From: Halioglobus sp.
Lineage (GTDB): Bacteria; Pseudomonadota; Gammaproteobacteria; Pseudomonadales; Halieaceae
Length of the DNA stretch: 64,000 bases
Assembly: GCA_020443325.1 (NCBI GenBank)
Contig: JAGRIK010000356.1
Location: 39,479-103,478 of the forward strand
Direction: 5' to 3'
The notes below the pieces were generated by a model that was not told the DNA's origin, made no database searches, and worked only from the letters and a program-made list of their open reading frames with translations. The position numbers were made by a program, and so were the translations under genes. Positions 20,575 to 31,175 of this stretch are shown here, piece after piece. The first letter of the stretch is position 1; the number at the start of each line of letters is the position of its first letter.

Positions 20575-22239
20575 ATGACAGAACCGGACAACGCAGCGCT
20601 CACCCCCTTCTACTACCGGGACAATTACCTGCGCCTGTGCGACACCGTGGAGGCGCAGTACGGGGACATTCTGGGCGCTGCGGAGCGCGAGATGTTACAC
20701 ACGTTTCGCAGCCTGGGTTTCGACGCCCAGTGCCTCTACGTTCGCCTGATCTCCCGCACCGGCCCGTGGTTTCGCGAGAGTAAGCTGGCGTACGCGGAGC
20801 TGGGTCCCACGCCACCGATCCTCGATGAGCTGCTGGCGCACGAGATGGTGGAGGAGGCGAGCGCACTGTCACCTGCGGAGTTGGGGAAACTGTTCACGCG
20901 CAGCGAACTGCTGCAGGTATTCTGCCCCCCCGACCAGCCAACACCGCCGGACAAACCTTCACTGCTGCACTCCATCGAACAGTTGCAGTTGCGCGAAGAC
21001 GTAACACTGGCGGCCCTTTGCACCCTCGACAGCCAGCGCATCGTTGCCCCGCGCGGCGTGGAACTCACCGAATACCTGCAGCTGCTGTTTTTCGGCAATC
21101 GGCAGCAGAGCCTGACGGATTTCGTGCTACAGGATCTCGGCCTGACCCGCTACTACCCCTACCCGCTGGATCCGGAGCATCGCCTGTTTGCCAGCCGCGA
21201 GGCACTGGAAGAATATGTAACATGCGCGACGCTGGGCGACACACATTACACACTGCTGGAGGCGGGTGAACAGGAAGCGTTGCCCGCGCTGGCCGCACAG
21301 CTGCTGCCCATGAATCCCCGCTTTGCCTCCAGCGAGAAGCGCTGGCACCGACTCTGCAACAACCTGGCCAGGGACCTGGAGCGACTCGATGAGTGCGAGA
21401 TGGCGCTGCAGTTGTACAGCCGCAGCCAACGCCATCCCGCCCGCGAGCGGCGTGCGCGGATTCTTGAGAGCGTCGGCGACTGGACGGCTGCGCGCGCGGT
21501 GTGCGAGGAGATTCTCGACAGCCCGTGGTGTGAGGCCGAACGCGAAGCGGCCGAGCGTATATTGCCCCGCGTGAATCGCAAGCTGGGGGGCCCTCGCCAG
21601 GCGCGGCGGCGCGACAGCTTCGCCGATATAGCGCTGACTGTGCCCAGAGGCAGTGAATCGGTGGAAGAACTCGCGGCCCAGGCCCTGCAGCAGCAGTGGC
21701 AGGCGGTTCACTATGTCGAAAATGCGCTGATGAATACCCTCTTCGGGCTCGCGTTCTGGGAACAGATATTTGCGCCGGTGCCAGGCGTGTTCCACATCCC
21801 GTTCCAAAGCGCACCCGCCGATATGTACGACCGCGCGTTCCGGATCAGGCGTGAGCACTCCCTCGCCACGCGGATGCAGCAGTTGCGCGAGGAAAACCTC
21901 GCGACAATCCTGGCGGAGTCCTACCAGCGCTACCAACACTACGAGTGCCGCTGGACGCACTGGCGGTATATCTCGCTCGAACTGGTCGAGGCCTGTGCCC
22001 GGATCATTCCGCCAGAACACCTGCTGGCGATCTGGGAGCGCATGCTGTTCGACCCCGCCGAGAACCGGCGGGGGTTTCCCGACCTGATCGCGCTCGGCGC
22101 GGCGCCGGGGGAGTACTGCCTGATCGAGGTGAAGGGCCCGGGAGATGCGCTGCAGGACAGCCAGAAGCGCTGGCTGCGCTATTTCCAGGCCCACGATATC
22201 CCCGCACAGGTGGCCTGGGTGGAGTGGCGCGATGACTGA
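20575..22239 (+). CDS. VRR-NUC domain nuclease (bacterial FAN1 homolog)
   Basis: YY-DNY N-terminus, LLFFGN-Q-L-DFVL-DLG, YVENAL-LFGL-FWE-IF, RGFPDL...LIEVKGPGD-LQD-QKRWL. Confidence 0.9.
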   Translation: MTEPDNAALTPFYYRDNYLRLCDTVEAQYGDILGAAEREMLHTFRSLGFDAQCLYVRLISRTGPWFRESKLAYAELGPTPPILDELLAHEMVEEASALSPAELGKLFTRSELLQVFCPPDQPTPPDKPSLLHSIEQLQLREDVTLAALCTLDSQRIVAPRGVELTEYLQLLFFGNRQQSLTDFVLQDLGLTRYYPYPLDPEHRLFASREALEEYVTCATLGDTHYTLLEAGEQEALPALAAQLLPMNPRFASSEKRWHRLCNNLARDLERLDECEMALQLYSRSQRHPARERRARILESVGDWTAARAVCEEILDSPWCEAEREAAERILPRVNRKLGGPRQARRRDSFADIALTVPRGSESVEELAAQALQQQWQAVHYVENALMNTLFGLAFWEQIFAPVPGVFHIPFQSAPADMYDRAFRIRREHSLATRMQQLREENLATILAESYQRYQHYECRWTHWRYISLELVEACARIIPPEHLLAIWERMLFDPAENRRGFPDLIALGAAPGEYCLIEVKGPGDALQDSQKRWLRYFQAHDIPAQVAWVEWRDD

Positions 22240-24523
22240 ATTGAGTATCGCCGTGACTGACCTGGCGCGCTTTTGTCACCGCAGCGGGGATATCGACCAC
22301 CGCTTCAAAGCCGCGCCCACCGGCGCGCAGGGCGTGGCCGGGCACCAGCGTGTCTACACGCGTCGCCCGGCCAGCTACCGCAGTGAGTACACCGTGGAAT
22401 ACCAGCACGAGGAGCCCGGACTAATACTCACACTGCGCGGGCGCGCGGACGGTTACGATCCCGAGCAGGGCCTGGTGGAGGAGATCAAGACCTGCCGCAC
22501 CGCGCCCGGCGCGATCCCGGAGGCGGTCGCGCAATTGCATATGGCGCAGGGCCGCCTGTATGCCGCGATCATCGCGGCACAGGGCGACATGGCCGCACTG
22601 GAAGTCCGCGTCACCTGGTTCAACATCGATAGCGAGGAGGAGTTCAGCCGTACGGAGCAGTTCTCGCGCACTGAAATGGCCGACTTCCTGGCCGACACCC
22701 TAAACCGGTTTTCCCGCTGGTTGCACAACCTCGCGCAGGCGCGGCATGAACGCGATACCAGTATCATCGCGCTGGCATTCCCCTACGGGGGATTTCGCAG
22801 TGGCCAGCGGGAGATCTCAGAGCTGGCCTATAAATGTATACACCAGGGCGGGCAGTTATTGCTGGAGGCACCAACGGGTATCGGCAAGACCGCTGCTGTC
22901 CTGTTCCCGGCGCTGAAGGCGCTCGCCACAGGCAAGCACGACAGGATTGTTTTCCTGACCTCCAAATCGGTGGGGCGCCGCGCCGCCCAGGCCGCGCTCG
23001 CAGATTTTGCCGAATGCGGCTATCGGGGCACGGCGCTCAGCCTCACGGCCAGGGACAAGATCTGCTTCTCGCCGGGCCGGGCGTGCCATGGCGATGACTG
23101 CCCCTTCGCCAAAAACTACTACGACAAGCTGCCCGAGGCGCTGTATGCCGCCATCGAACAGCGCGTATTGCGGCGCGAGGATATCGAGGCGATCGCGCGG
23201 CGCTTTGAAGTCTGTCCCTATGAACTGGGGCTGGACCTGCTGCCGTGGATCGATATCGTCATTGCGGACCTGCACTACGTGTACAGCCTGACGGCGACGC
23301 TGGGCGGCCAGCAGGAAGGGGACAGCAAGCGCTGGTCGGTGTTGCTGGACGAGGCCCACAACCTGCCGGGCAGGGCGCGCGACATGTACAGCGCCTCACT
23401 GGCCAAGGCCGCCGTGTTGCAGGCCAGGAGCAGCGTCAACGGCTCTCTTGCCAGGAGCCTGACACGCGTAAACAAGCAGTTCCTCGCCCTGCAGAAAGGC
23501 GCGTGGCAGGAACCACAGTTCCACAGCAGTGAGGAACCGCCGCAGGAATTGCTGCAGGCCCTGCAGCTGTTTACCGGGGCCGTCTCTGAGATCGTGGCCC
23601 AGGAGCCCGCATTCCTGCACCGGCGCCGCGAACTGCTGGAATTCTACTTCGATACCCTGCAATTCCTGCGGGTGGCCGAACTCTGGGGCGATGACTTCCG
23701 TTTTGAACTGCAGCGCGATGAAGGGCGGCAGAGCCTGCGCCTCACGCTGAACTGCCTCGATGCCTCGCGCCTGTTGTCCACGCGGCACGAACGCGCGCAC
23801 GCGGTGATCGCCTTCTCGGCGACCCTGTCGCCGCTGCCGTGGTCGCGCACATCCCTCGGGCTCGACGAGCAGGCCGTCTGCTCCCGCGCCACCTCGCCGT
23901 TTGGCCCGGCGCAGCTGAGGGTATCGCTGGCGACCGATATCGATACCCGGTATCAACAGCGCGAGGCCACACTGGGAGACCTGGTGCAGTTGCTGCAGCG
24001 CTGGCTGGACGACACACCGGGCAACTGTATTGTGTATTTTCCGTCCTACCAGTACCTGGAGGATGCACTGGCCCGGCTGCAAGCCGCTGGGAATGGGCTG
24101 CAGGGGCGTGAAATCTGGGTGCAAACTCGCCGCCAGGATGAGCGGGAGCGGGAACACGTGCTGCAATTGTTGGCGCAGCGCGAGGATGTGGTGGCCTTTT
24201 GTATCCTGGGCGGGGTGTTCGGGGAGGGAATAGACCTGCCGGGGAAGCTGCTGTCCAGTGTGGTCGTTGTCGGAATCGGCATGCCGCAGGTCAACCGCGA
24301 TACCCGGCAGTTGCAGGCGTGGTACCAGCAGCGCTATGCCGCCGGCTTTGAATACGCATTCCTGTACCCGGGCATGCAGAAAGTCGACCAGGCGCTGGGC
24401 AGGGTGGTGAGACGCCTTGAGGACACAGGCAGCGCACTGCTGATTGACCCGCGCTATCGCCAACGCCAGTATCGCGACCTGCTACCCGCCTGGTGGGAGT
24501 ACCAGCCCTGGCCCCCCGGGTAA
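22232..24523 (+). CDS. ATP-dependent Fe-S DNA helicase (XPD/Rad3/DinG family) with N-terminal PD-(D/E)XK nuclease-like domain
   Basis: GRADG...EEIKT...AQGRLY N-terminus; APTGIGKT; four Cys (KIC..RAC..DDCPF..VCPYE); DEAHN; FGEGIDLPG; QALGRVVR; ATG at 22232 overlaps the upstream stop. Confidence 0.9.
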   Translation: MTELSIAVTDLARFCHRSGDIDHRFKAAPTGAQGVAGHQRVYTRRPASYRSEYTVEYQHEEPGLILTLRGRADGYDPEQGLVEEIKTCRTAPGAIPEAVAQLHMAQGRLYAAIIAAQGDMAALEVRVTWFNIDSEEEFSRTEQFSRTEMADFLADTLNRFSRWLHNLAQARHERDTSIIALAFPYGGFRSGQREISELAYKCIHQGGQLLLEAPTGIGKTAAVLFPALKALATGKHDRIVFLTSKSVGRRAAQAALADFAECGYRGTALSLTARDKICFSPGRACHGDDCPFAKNYYDKLPEALYAAIEQRVLRREDIEAIARRFEVCPYELGLDLLPWIDIVIADLHYVYSLTATLGGQQEGDSKRWSVLLDEAHNLPGRARDMYSASLAKAAVLQARSSVNGSLARSLTRVNKQFLALQKGAWQEPQFHSSEEPPQELLQALQLFTGAVSEIVAQEPAFLHRRRELLEFYFDTLQFLRVAELWGDDFRFELQRDEGRQSLRLTLNCLDASRLLSTRHERAHAVIAFSATLSPLPWSRTSLGLDEQAVCSRATSPFGPAQLRVSLATDIDTRYQQREATLGDLVQLLQRWLDDTPGNCIVYFPSYQYLEDALARLQAAGNGLQGREIWVQTRRQDEREREHVLQLLAQREDVVAFCILGGVFGEGIDLPGKLLSSVVVVGIGMPQVNRDTRQLQAWYQQRYAAGFEYAFLYPGMQKVDQALGRVVRRLEDTGSALLIDPRYRQRQYRDLLPAWWEYQPWPPG

Positions 24524-24808
24524 CGCCACATGGGCACCTGTCAGCCAATGTCAATTTATTTGGGCTTTATTACCCTTGTGTAACACCGTCAATCACTTAA
24601 ATTAGCCCCCCGTTTGCTGGCTGCACCCGAAATAGCCGGCCAGAACGGTACCAGCCCACAGGTTGTGCAGCCCGGCGGACACCAGTGTTTCCGCAGGGTG
24701 CCGGCTGTGCTAGAGTCGGCGGCTGTTTTGACACTGGCGCCAGGCCGATTGCAACGGTGATTGCTCACCGACAGTTCGAATAAACAAAAGTACGGGGGTA
24801 GACACAGC

Positions 24809-25951
24809 ATGCGCATCGCCATTCCGAAAGAGACACACCCGGGAGAAAACCGGATACCGATTACCCCAGCTCACGCCAAGAAGCTGTGCGCGATGGGCGC
24901 CGACCTGGTAGTCGAGGCGGGCATGGGCGAAGGGTCCGGATTCACGGATGCCGAGTACACGGAAGCGGGTGCCACCATTTCACAGGACCGCGCTGAGCTC
25001 TTCGGCAGCGCTGACCTCCTGTTGCGCGTGCGCAAGCCTCAGCTGGAGGAAATCGGCCAGATGAAGCGCGGTGCGATCCATATCAGCTACCTGGACCCGT
25101 TCAACGAGCACGGCCTCGTCAACGCGTTCAAGGACGCCGGCATCACCGCAATCAGCATGGAAATGATACCGCGTACCACGCGCAGCCAGAAAATGGACGC
25201 CCTCAGCTCCCAGGCCAACCTCGCAGGCTATGTGATGGTGATTCAGGCCGCGACCTATCTGCCGCGCATATTCCCGATGATGATGACGCCGGCGGGCACG
25301 CTTAAACCAGCCAATGTCTTCGTTATCGGGGCCGGTGTTGCCGGCCTGCAGGCCATCGCTACCGCAAAACGCCTGGGCGCCAAGGTCACCGCATTCGACA
25401 CCCGCCCTGTTGTAGCGGAGCAGGTGCGCTCGGTAGGTGCCAAGTTCCTGGAGATCGACCTCGGCGAAACCGGCGAGACCGCAGGCGGCTACGCCAAGGA
25501 ACTCACACCTGAGCAGGTTGAGAAACAGCGCCAGGCGCAAAAAGAAGTGATCGCGAAGTCCGATGTTGTCATCACCACCGCACAGGTATTTGGTCGCAAG
25601 CCGCCTGTCCTTGTCACCCGCGACATGATTGAGGGGATGACCACAGGCTCCGTCATCGTGGATATGGCAGCGGAAACCGGCGGCAACGTCGAGGGCTCGG
25701 TGCCCAATGAGGTGGTCCAGATCGCGGGCGTCACCGTGATCGGCAAGGGCAACCTCGCGGGCGAGGTAGCGCGCGATGCCAGCCAGATGTACTCAGCCAA
25801 CCTGTTCAACCTGGTGGAAGACAGCTGGAGCAAGGACGACAACACATTCGTGATCGATTTCGAGCACGATATCCTGCCGGGCTGCATCATCACCCACGGC
25901 GGTGAAGTCACCAACACAACGATTAAAAACATTCTGGAAGGGGGTGCATAA
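24809..25951 (+). CDS. pntA: NAD(P) transhydrogenase alpha subunit, part 1 (dI)
   Basis: MRIAIPKE...ENR, RSQKMDALSSQANLAGY, GAGVAGLQAI. Confidence 0.95.
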   Translation: MRIAIPKETHPGENRIPITPAHAKKLCAMGADLVVEAGMGEGSGFTDAEYTEAGATISQDRAELFGSADLLLRVRKPQLEEIGQMKRGAIHISYLDPFNEHGLVNAFKDAGITAISMEMIPRTTRSQKMDALSSQANLAGYVMVIQAATYLPRIFPMMMTPAGTLKPANVFVIGAGVAGLQAIATAKRLGAKVTAFDTRPVVAEQVRSVGAKFLEIDLGETGETAGGYAKELTPEQVEKQRQAQKEVIAKSDVVITTAQVFGRKPPVLVTRDMIEGMTTGSVIVDMAAETGGNVEGSVPNEVVQIAGVTVIGKGNLAGEVARDASQMYSANLFNLVEDSWSKDDNTFVIDFEHDILPGCIITHGGEVTNTTIKNILEGGA

Positions 25952-25952
25952 C

Positions 25953-26240
25953 ATGGTAGCCGCAGAAGTTTTCCTCACGTTTATCCTGGTGTTGTCCATC
26001 TTCCTGGGCTTCGAACTGATCAACAAGGTGCCCGCCACCCTGCACACGCCCCTGATGTCGGGCGCCAACGCGATCTCCGGCATCACCCTGGTGGGCGCTA
26101 TCAGCCTCGCGGGCACCGGTAACCAGGACCTGTCCAACTGGCTTGGCGCCGGGGCGGTAGCACTGGCAACCATCAACGTCGTCGGCGGCTACCTCGTCAC
26201 CGACCGCATGCTCGCCATGTTCAAGAAGAAGGAGGGCTGA
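25953..26240 (+). CDS. NAD(P) transhydrogenase alpha subunit, part 2 (membrane)
   Basis: VPATLHTPLMSGANAISG, INVVGGYLVTDRML-MF. Confidence 0.93.
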   Translation: MVAAEVFLTFILVLSIFLGFELINKVPATLHTPLMSGANAISGITLVGAISLAGTGNQDLSNWLGAGAVALATINVVGGYLVTDRMLAMFKKKEG

Positions 26241-26245
26241 TCGCG

Positions 26246-27598
26246 ATGGATACGTTGATTCAATTTGCGTACGTGGCTTCCGGCGCACTGTTCATCTTCG
26301 GCCTGAAACAGCTGGGCTCACCCGCGACAGCTCGCCGCGGCAACATGATTTCCTCGCTGGGTATGCTGGTTGCCGTGGTAGCGGCCCTGCTCGACCAGGG
26401 CATTATCGACTACCAGTGGATCCTGATCGGTATCGTGGTGGGTGGTGTCATAGGCGGTGCGGCAGCGCGTATGGTGCAGATGACTGCCATGCCGGAAATG
26501 GTTGCCCTGTTCAACGGTTTCGGCGGCATGGCCAGCCTGTTGGTCGGCTGGGCAGCACTGAACCCCGATGCGGCCACGTTTACCCTGGTCACCATCATTC
26601 TTTCAATCCTGATTGGTGGTGTGACCTTTACCGGCTCCATGATCGCGTACGGCAAACTGTCCGAGAAAATAGGCAGCGGTGCTGTACTGTTCAATGGCCA
26701 GCAGGTAGTTAACAGCCTTATCGTGCTGGGGATTCTCGGCGGCGCGGTCATGTTCTGTCTCGAGCCTGCCAACCATATGTGGCTTTACCTGGTGATCGCG
26801 CTGTCCCTCGTATTCGGCGTAATGGCCGTGATTCCCATCGGCGGAGCCGATATGCCGGTAGTGATCTCACTGCTCAACTCCTACTCAGGTCTCGCAGCCT
26901 GCGCCGCGGGTTTCGCGGTGAACAACAATATCCTGATCGTGGCGGGCGCCCTGGTCGGTGCCTCGGGCATCATCCTGACGCAAATCATGTGCAAGGCGAT
27001 GAACCGCTCATTGTCCAATGTGCTGTTCTCCGGCTTCGGCAGCGGCAAAACCGAGACGACGGCAGTAGAAGGGGAGATCAAGCCCATCACCGTCGAAGAC
27101 GCATACTACGTACTGGAAGCTGCCAGTTCAGTGGCCATCATCCCGGGCTACGGTATGGCCGTCGCACAGGCACAACACGTGGTGAAAGAACTCTCCGTGC
27201 TGCTGGAGAGAAATGGCGCTGAAGTCAGCTTTGGTATACACCCGGTGGCTGGCCGTATGCCGGGCCACATGAATGTGCTCCTCGCCGAAGCGGATGTACC
27301 CTACGACCAGTTGCTGGAAATGGACGAGATCAACCCGCGCATGGAGACGGTGGACGTGGCTATCGTCATCGGCGCCAACGATGTGGTGAATCCCGCCGCA
27401 CGTGAGAATGAGGGCTCGCCCATCTACGGTATGCCGGTGATCAACGTCGACCAGGCGCGCACTGTGTTTGTCCTCAAGCGCTCCATGGCTTCGGGTTTCG
27501 CCGGCATCGAGAACCCACTGTTCTACAAGGACAACACGCGTATGTTGTTCGGCGATGCGAAGGAATCGATCGGCGGGCTGGTACGGGAATTTTCCTGA
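26246..27598 (+). CDS. pntB: NAD(P) transhydrogenase beta subunit
   Basis: MTAMPEMVALFNGFGG, IGGADMPVVIS, HPVAGRMPGHMNVLLAEA. Confidence 0.97.
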   Translation: MDTLIQFAYVASGALFIFGLKQLGSPATARRGNMISSLGMLVAVVAALLDQGIIDYQWILIGIVVGGVIGGAAARMVQMTAMPEMVALFNGFGGMASLLVGWAALNPDAATFTLVTIILSILIGGVTFTGSMIAYGKLSEKIGSGAVLFNGQQVVNSLIVLGILGGAVMFCLEPANHMWLYLVIALSLVFGVMAVIPIGGADMPVVISLLNSYSGLAACAAGFAVNNNILIVAGALVGASGIILTQIMCKAMNRSLSNVLFSGFGSGKTETTAVEGEIKPITVEDAYYVLEAASSVAIIPGYGMAVAQAQHVVKELSVLLERNGAEVSFGIHPVAGRMPGHMNVLLAEADVPYDQLLEMDEINPRMETVDVAIVIGANDVVNPAARENEGSPIYGMPVINVDQARTVFVLKRSMASGFAGIENPLFYKDNTRMLFGDAKESIGGLVREFS

Positions 27599-27629
27599 CC
27601 GCAGTGGTCAGGGACGCGCTGGAGTCAGC

Positions 27630-28583
27630 TCAACAGCGCGTCCAGTCAAATGCCAGCACATCCTGTATGCGGGATGTGCCGGTCATCAACATCAGCAAGC
27701 GATCAACGCCGAGGGCGACACCACTGCAACTCGGCAAACCGTGGGCCAGCGCGGCCAACAGATACTCGTCAACAGGGCGCTCCTGCTGCCCGCGCTCCAG
27801 CCGCAGTGCATTGTCGCGCTCGAAGCGCTGGCGCTGTTCCGCTGCATCCGTCAGTTCGCAGTAGCCGTTCGCCAGTTCCACACCGTCCACGTACAGCTCA
27901 AAGCGCTGCCCCACACTGACACCGTCGGCGTTCACCACCTGCGCCAGTGCGGCCTGCGACACGGGATAGTCGTAGACAAAGCAGAACGTGCCGTCGCCCA
28001 GCCGGGGCTCCAGCAGATGGCTCATCAATAGATCGAGCCACAAATCCCGCTCACCAGCCAGGTTACCCGGGTCGAGGTGACGGCGCGCAAGCGCCTCCAG
28101 CTCGGCGCTGGTGGCAGTGTGCGGGTCGACATCCAGATGCTCGAGAAAGAGCTGGCGGTAACTGTATTTCTCAACCGGACGCGGGCCCACGCAGGCCTGC
28201 ACGAGCTCTGCGACCTCCTGCATTAATTCGTGGTGGCCAAACCCGGGGCGGTACCATTCCAGCAAACTGAATTCGGGGTTGTGGCGAGAGCCGGCCTCGC
28301 CGTCGCGAAAGGCCCTGGCAACCTGGAAAATGGGCTGCCCATGAGCCGCGAGCATACGCTTCATCGCGTACTCCGGCGATGTCTGCAGGAATCGCGGCTG
28401 CGACAAAGCGCCCCCGGAGGACACCAGGAGCGGCTCAATAGACGGATCGGTAATGCCGCTGCTGCACAGCAACGGCGTCTCCACTTCAAGAATGTCCCGG
28501 TCACTGAAGAACCGGCGCAAGCTGGACAGTAGTTCAGCGCGCTGGCGGATCACCCCGAGATCGGCTGCTGGCTGCCACTGCAC
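27630..28583 (-). CDS. epmA: EF-P beta-lysine ligase (GenX/PoxA)
   Basis: LQTSPEYAMKR, HNPEFSLLEWYR, ELANGY-ELTD, SGVALGVDRL; downstream of efp. Confidence 0.95.
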   Translation of the reverse strand: MQWQPAADLGVIRQRAELLSSLRRFFSDRDILEVETPLLCSSGITDPSIEPLLVSSGGALSQPRFLQTSPEYAMKRMLAAHGQPIFQVARAFRDGEAGSRHNPEFSLLEWYRPGFGHHELMQEVAELVQACVGPRPVEKYSYRQLFLEHLDVDPHTATSAELEALARRHLDPGNLAGERDLWLDLLMSHLLEPRLGDGTFCFVYDYPVSQAALAQVVNADGVSVGQRFELYVDGVELANGYCELTDAAEQRQRFERDNALRLERGQQERPVDEYLLAALAHGLPSCSGVALGVDRLLMLMTGTSRIQDVLAFDWTRC

Positions 28584-28606
28584 CCCGAACGGCCCCGCCG
28601 TTACCC

Positions 28607-29179
28607 TCAGGACTTGCTGGCGCGGTTCTGGTATTCCCCGGTACGCGTATCGACCCGGATAACTTCCCCGGTGCTGATAAACAGCGGGACCTTCACCACC
28701 GCGCCCGTGGTCAACTTGGCCGGCTTGGTGCCACCGGTGGCCGTATCACCCTTGAGTCCAGGATCCGTTTCCACGATCTCCAGTTCTACGAAGTTTGGCG
28801 GCGCGACAGATAGCGGGGTGCCGTTGTACAGGGTGACATCACACTTTTCGTTTTCCTTGAGCCACAAATAGCTGTCGCCGACAGCGGCGGCATCCGCCTG
28901 GTACTGCTCAAAAGTATCGGGTTCCATGAAGTACCAGAACTCACTGTCGTTGTACAAATACTCCATGACGCGGTCCATCACGTCAGCGCCCTCCAGTGTC
29001 TCACCGGATTTGAAGGTGCGCTCCCACTGTCGCCCGGTTTTCAGGTTACGCAGTTTGACCCGGTTAAAGGCCTGGCCCTTGCCGGGCTTTACAAACTCGT
29101 TTTCCAGAATGTTGCAGGGATCGCCATCCAGCATGACTTTCATGCCAGAGCGGAATTCAGAAGTTGAATAGTTCGCCAT
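28607..29179 (-). CDS. efp: Elongation factor P
   Basis: [12 protein letters not shown]...[10 protein letters not shown] (Lys34 type), PGLKGDTA; ATG at 29179. Confidence 0.97.
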   Translation of the reverse strand: MANYSTSEFRSGMKVMLDGDPCNILENEFVKPGKGQAFNRVKLRNLKTGRQWERTFKSGETLEGADVMDRVMEYLYNDSEFWYFMEPDTFEQYQADAAAVGDSYLWLKENEKCDVTLYNGTPLSVAPPNFVELEIVETDPGLKGDTATGGTKPAKLTTGAVVKVPLFISTGEVIRVDTRTGEYQNRASKS

Positions 29180-29334
29180 GATGTTCTCATCGGTTTGCGG
29201 AAAAAACGGAGCCCATAATACAGCACGTCGTGTACTAATGGCAGATGCTGACATCCCAGTAGCGGGAACCGCTCCACTTAGGTATTCTAGCCGTTGTGAG
29301 TTAAAGAAGAGTAGAAGTACTCAGGCTAGCAGCT

Positions 29335-31143
29335 ATGGAAGACCATACGACAATAAAATTGCAGCTTCCGCGCCAGGACTTTACCGGCGAACCCCTGTTC
29401 GAACCAACCGAGGAGGCCGCCACCGACTGGGTCCAGAGTCTCCCGGTGACCAATACCAACTCGCTGGTGCAATTACTGGGGCAGGCACTGGGCGATCTCA
29501 ACCGCATGAAGCTCTCTCCTGAGCTGCGCTTTACCATCCTGGCAAAGCTGCTGCCCAATCTGCAGATTGCCGTGTTGAACCTGTCGAAGCGTTTTCTCAA
29601 CCAACCGTTGATTATGCCCGATGAACCGCGGGGAATGGCCCAGCTCAGTGACCAACTACTCTCCCAGGCCACTATTGGCTATACCATCGTGGCGATTGAG
29701 ACGATCCAGCAGCGCGATGCCATACGCAATACCAATCCGGCTCGCCTGACCTGCGAGGCCCTGCAGCGGGCGCTGCTCTTTACCGGACGAAAAGTCCTGC
29801 AGAATTTCCAGATACACCGGCCGATGGGTGTCAGCGGCTGGCAGACCCTGCACCAGCTCTACGCACTGGCGGATAGCCAGCATCTCGTTGATCTCCCTGT
29901 GCCGGAGCCACTGTCCGGCGGCAACACCATCAAGACAACCTATTTGCAGGCCCTGCTGCTCGGCTGTTGCAAGGCCAACCAGTTACGCCACACCGACCTG
30001 TCTGCGCTATATCGCGGTTTCCAGCAGTGGAGTGAACGGGTGCACTTTGACACCAGGCCCACTGGCAACGACCTCTTCCTGGTCGACCTCGACGGCGATC
30101 AAGCGGCCATGTACACCGCACTGTATCGGGGAGAACCCGGGCCATCCTGCCGATACATCGACGCCACCGCGCTGGTACGACACCTCACTGAACTCAAGGA
30201 AGAATTGGGCGACAACGCTATCAACTTTGATAAAGGCACCAATGTGCCGGTCAGTTTGGTGGAGCACCTGATCAACTCACTCGGCAGCATGAGCCTTAGA
30301 AACTTCAAGCGCTCCCGCGCTGACAGCGCACTGCGGATTTGTGTCGGCCTCAACAGCACGCATTTTCATGTCGCCGGTGAACGCTTGTTCGAGGAACTGG
30401 TCTGCGCCACTGGCGACAATGAAGAAGGCAAGACCCTGCCACCGGAAAATCCTTTCCTGAATCCGCTCAGCCAGGCCGATGTCTGGCAGGTTGCGAACCC
30501 GGGGGACTACAGTGGCGATCTCAAGCTGGTTCCAAACCTGCTGGTCGACCTCGATTCCGCTACCAAAGCCAAGCTCTTCGACGACAACGATTCCGGGCTG
30601 CCAGTGCATGAGCGCTACCCCATATTCGAGGCCAAATTGGCGGATTCGAGCCCGGGTGGGTATTGCCTGGAATGGACCGCCGAACTGCCCGGCGACACAA
30701 AGGCCGGCGACATCGTTGGCCTGAAGGAGGAGGACCACAGCGAGTGGGTTATCGCTGTCATCCGCTGGGTCAGCCGTCTCAACAATGCCCGAACCCTGAT
30801 CGGACTGGAACTGCTGAGCCCCCGGGCCATTGCCTACGGCGCAAGCATCCACCGCAAGGGCGAGAAATCTCCCCCTATGCGGGTGTTACTGCTGCCCGAA
30901 ATCAAACTCGTCGGCCAACCGCAAACACTGATTACGCCACGCACGGGCTTCAAGGAGCGGCAAAAGCTCACCCTCGGCACGAGCTCAGAGACATACTCCA
31001 TACAACTCCTGCGCCACATTGTTTCTACCGGCAGCTTTTCGCAGTTTGAGTTCTGCCAGATAAAAGAGCTGGGCGACGTACTGGCGGATAACGGACAGGG
31101 ACTGGTGGGCGGAGAGTTCGACTCGCTCTGGAGCAATATCTAG
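29335..31143 (+). CDS. FimW-like protein (putative c-di-GMP receptor with C-terminal PilZ-like barrel)
   Basis: SPGGYCLEW, W-IAVIRWV, GLELLSP, LLLPEI...Q-TLITP, FDSLW end; position next to serB/AhpA/parC recalls the Pseudomonas fimW locus. Confidence 0.65.
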   Translation: MEDHTTIKLQLPRQDFTGEPLFEPTEEAATDWVQSLPVTNTNSLVQLLGQALGDLNRMKLSPELRFTILAKLLPNLQIAVLNLSKRFLNQPLIMPDEPRGMAQLSDQLLSQATIGYTIVAIETIQQRDAIRNTNPARLTCEALQRALLFTGRKVLQNFQIHRPMGVSGWQTLHQLYALADSQHLVDLPVPEPLSGGNTIKTTYLQALLLGCCKANQLRHTDLSALYRGFQQWSERVHFDTRPTGNDLFLVDLDGDQAAMYTALYRGEPGPSCRYIDATALVRHLTELKEELGDNAINFDKGTNVPVSLVEHLINSLGSMSLRNFKRSRADSALRICVGLNSTHFHVAGERLFEELVCATGDNEEGKTLPPENPFLNPLSQADVWQVANPGDYSGDLKLVPNLLVDLDSATKAKLFDDNDSGLPVHERYPIFEAKLADSSPGGYCLEWTAELPGDTKAGDIVGLKEEDHSEWVIAVIRWVSRLNNARTLIGLELLSPRAIAYGASIHRKGEKSPPMRVLLLPEIKLVGQPQTLITPRTGFKERQKLTLGTSSETYSIQLLRHIVSTGSFSQFEFCQIKELGDVLADNGQGLVGGEFDSLWSNI

Positions 31144-31175
31144 GGCACCTGTCGGGCAGAGCCGGTGGGCGTCTG

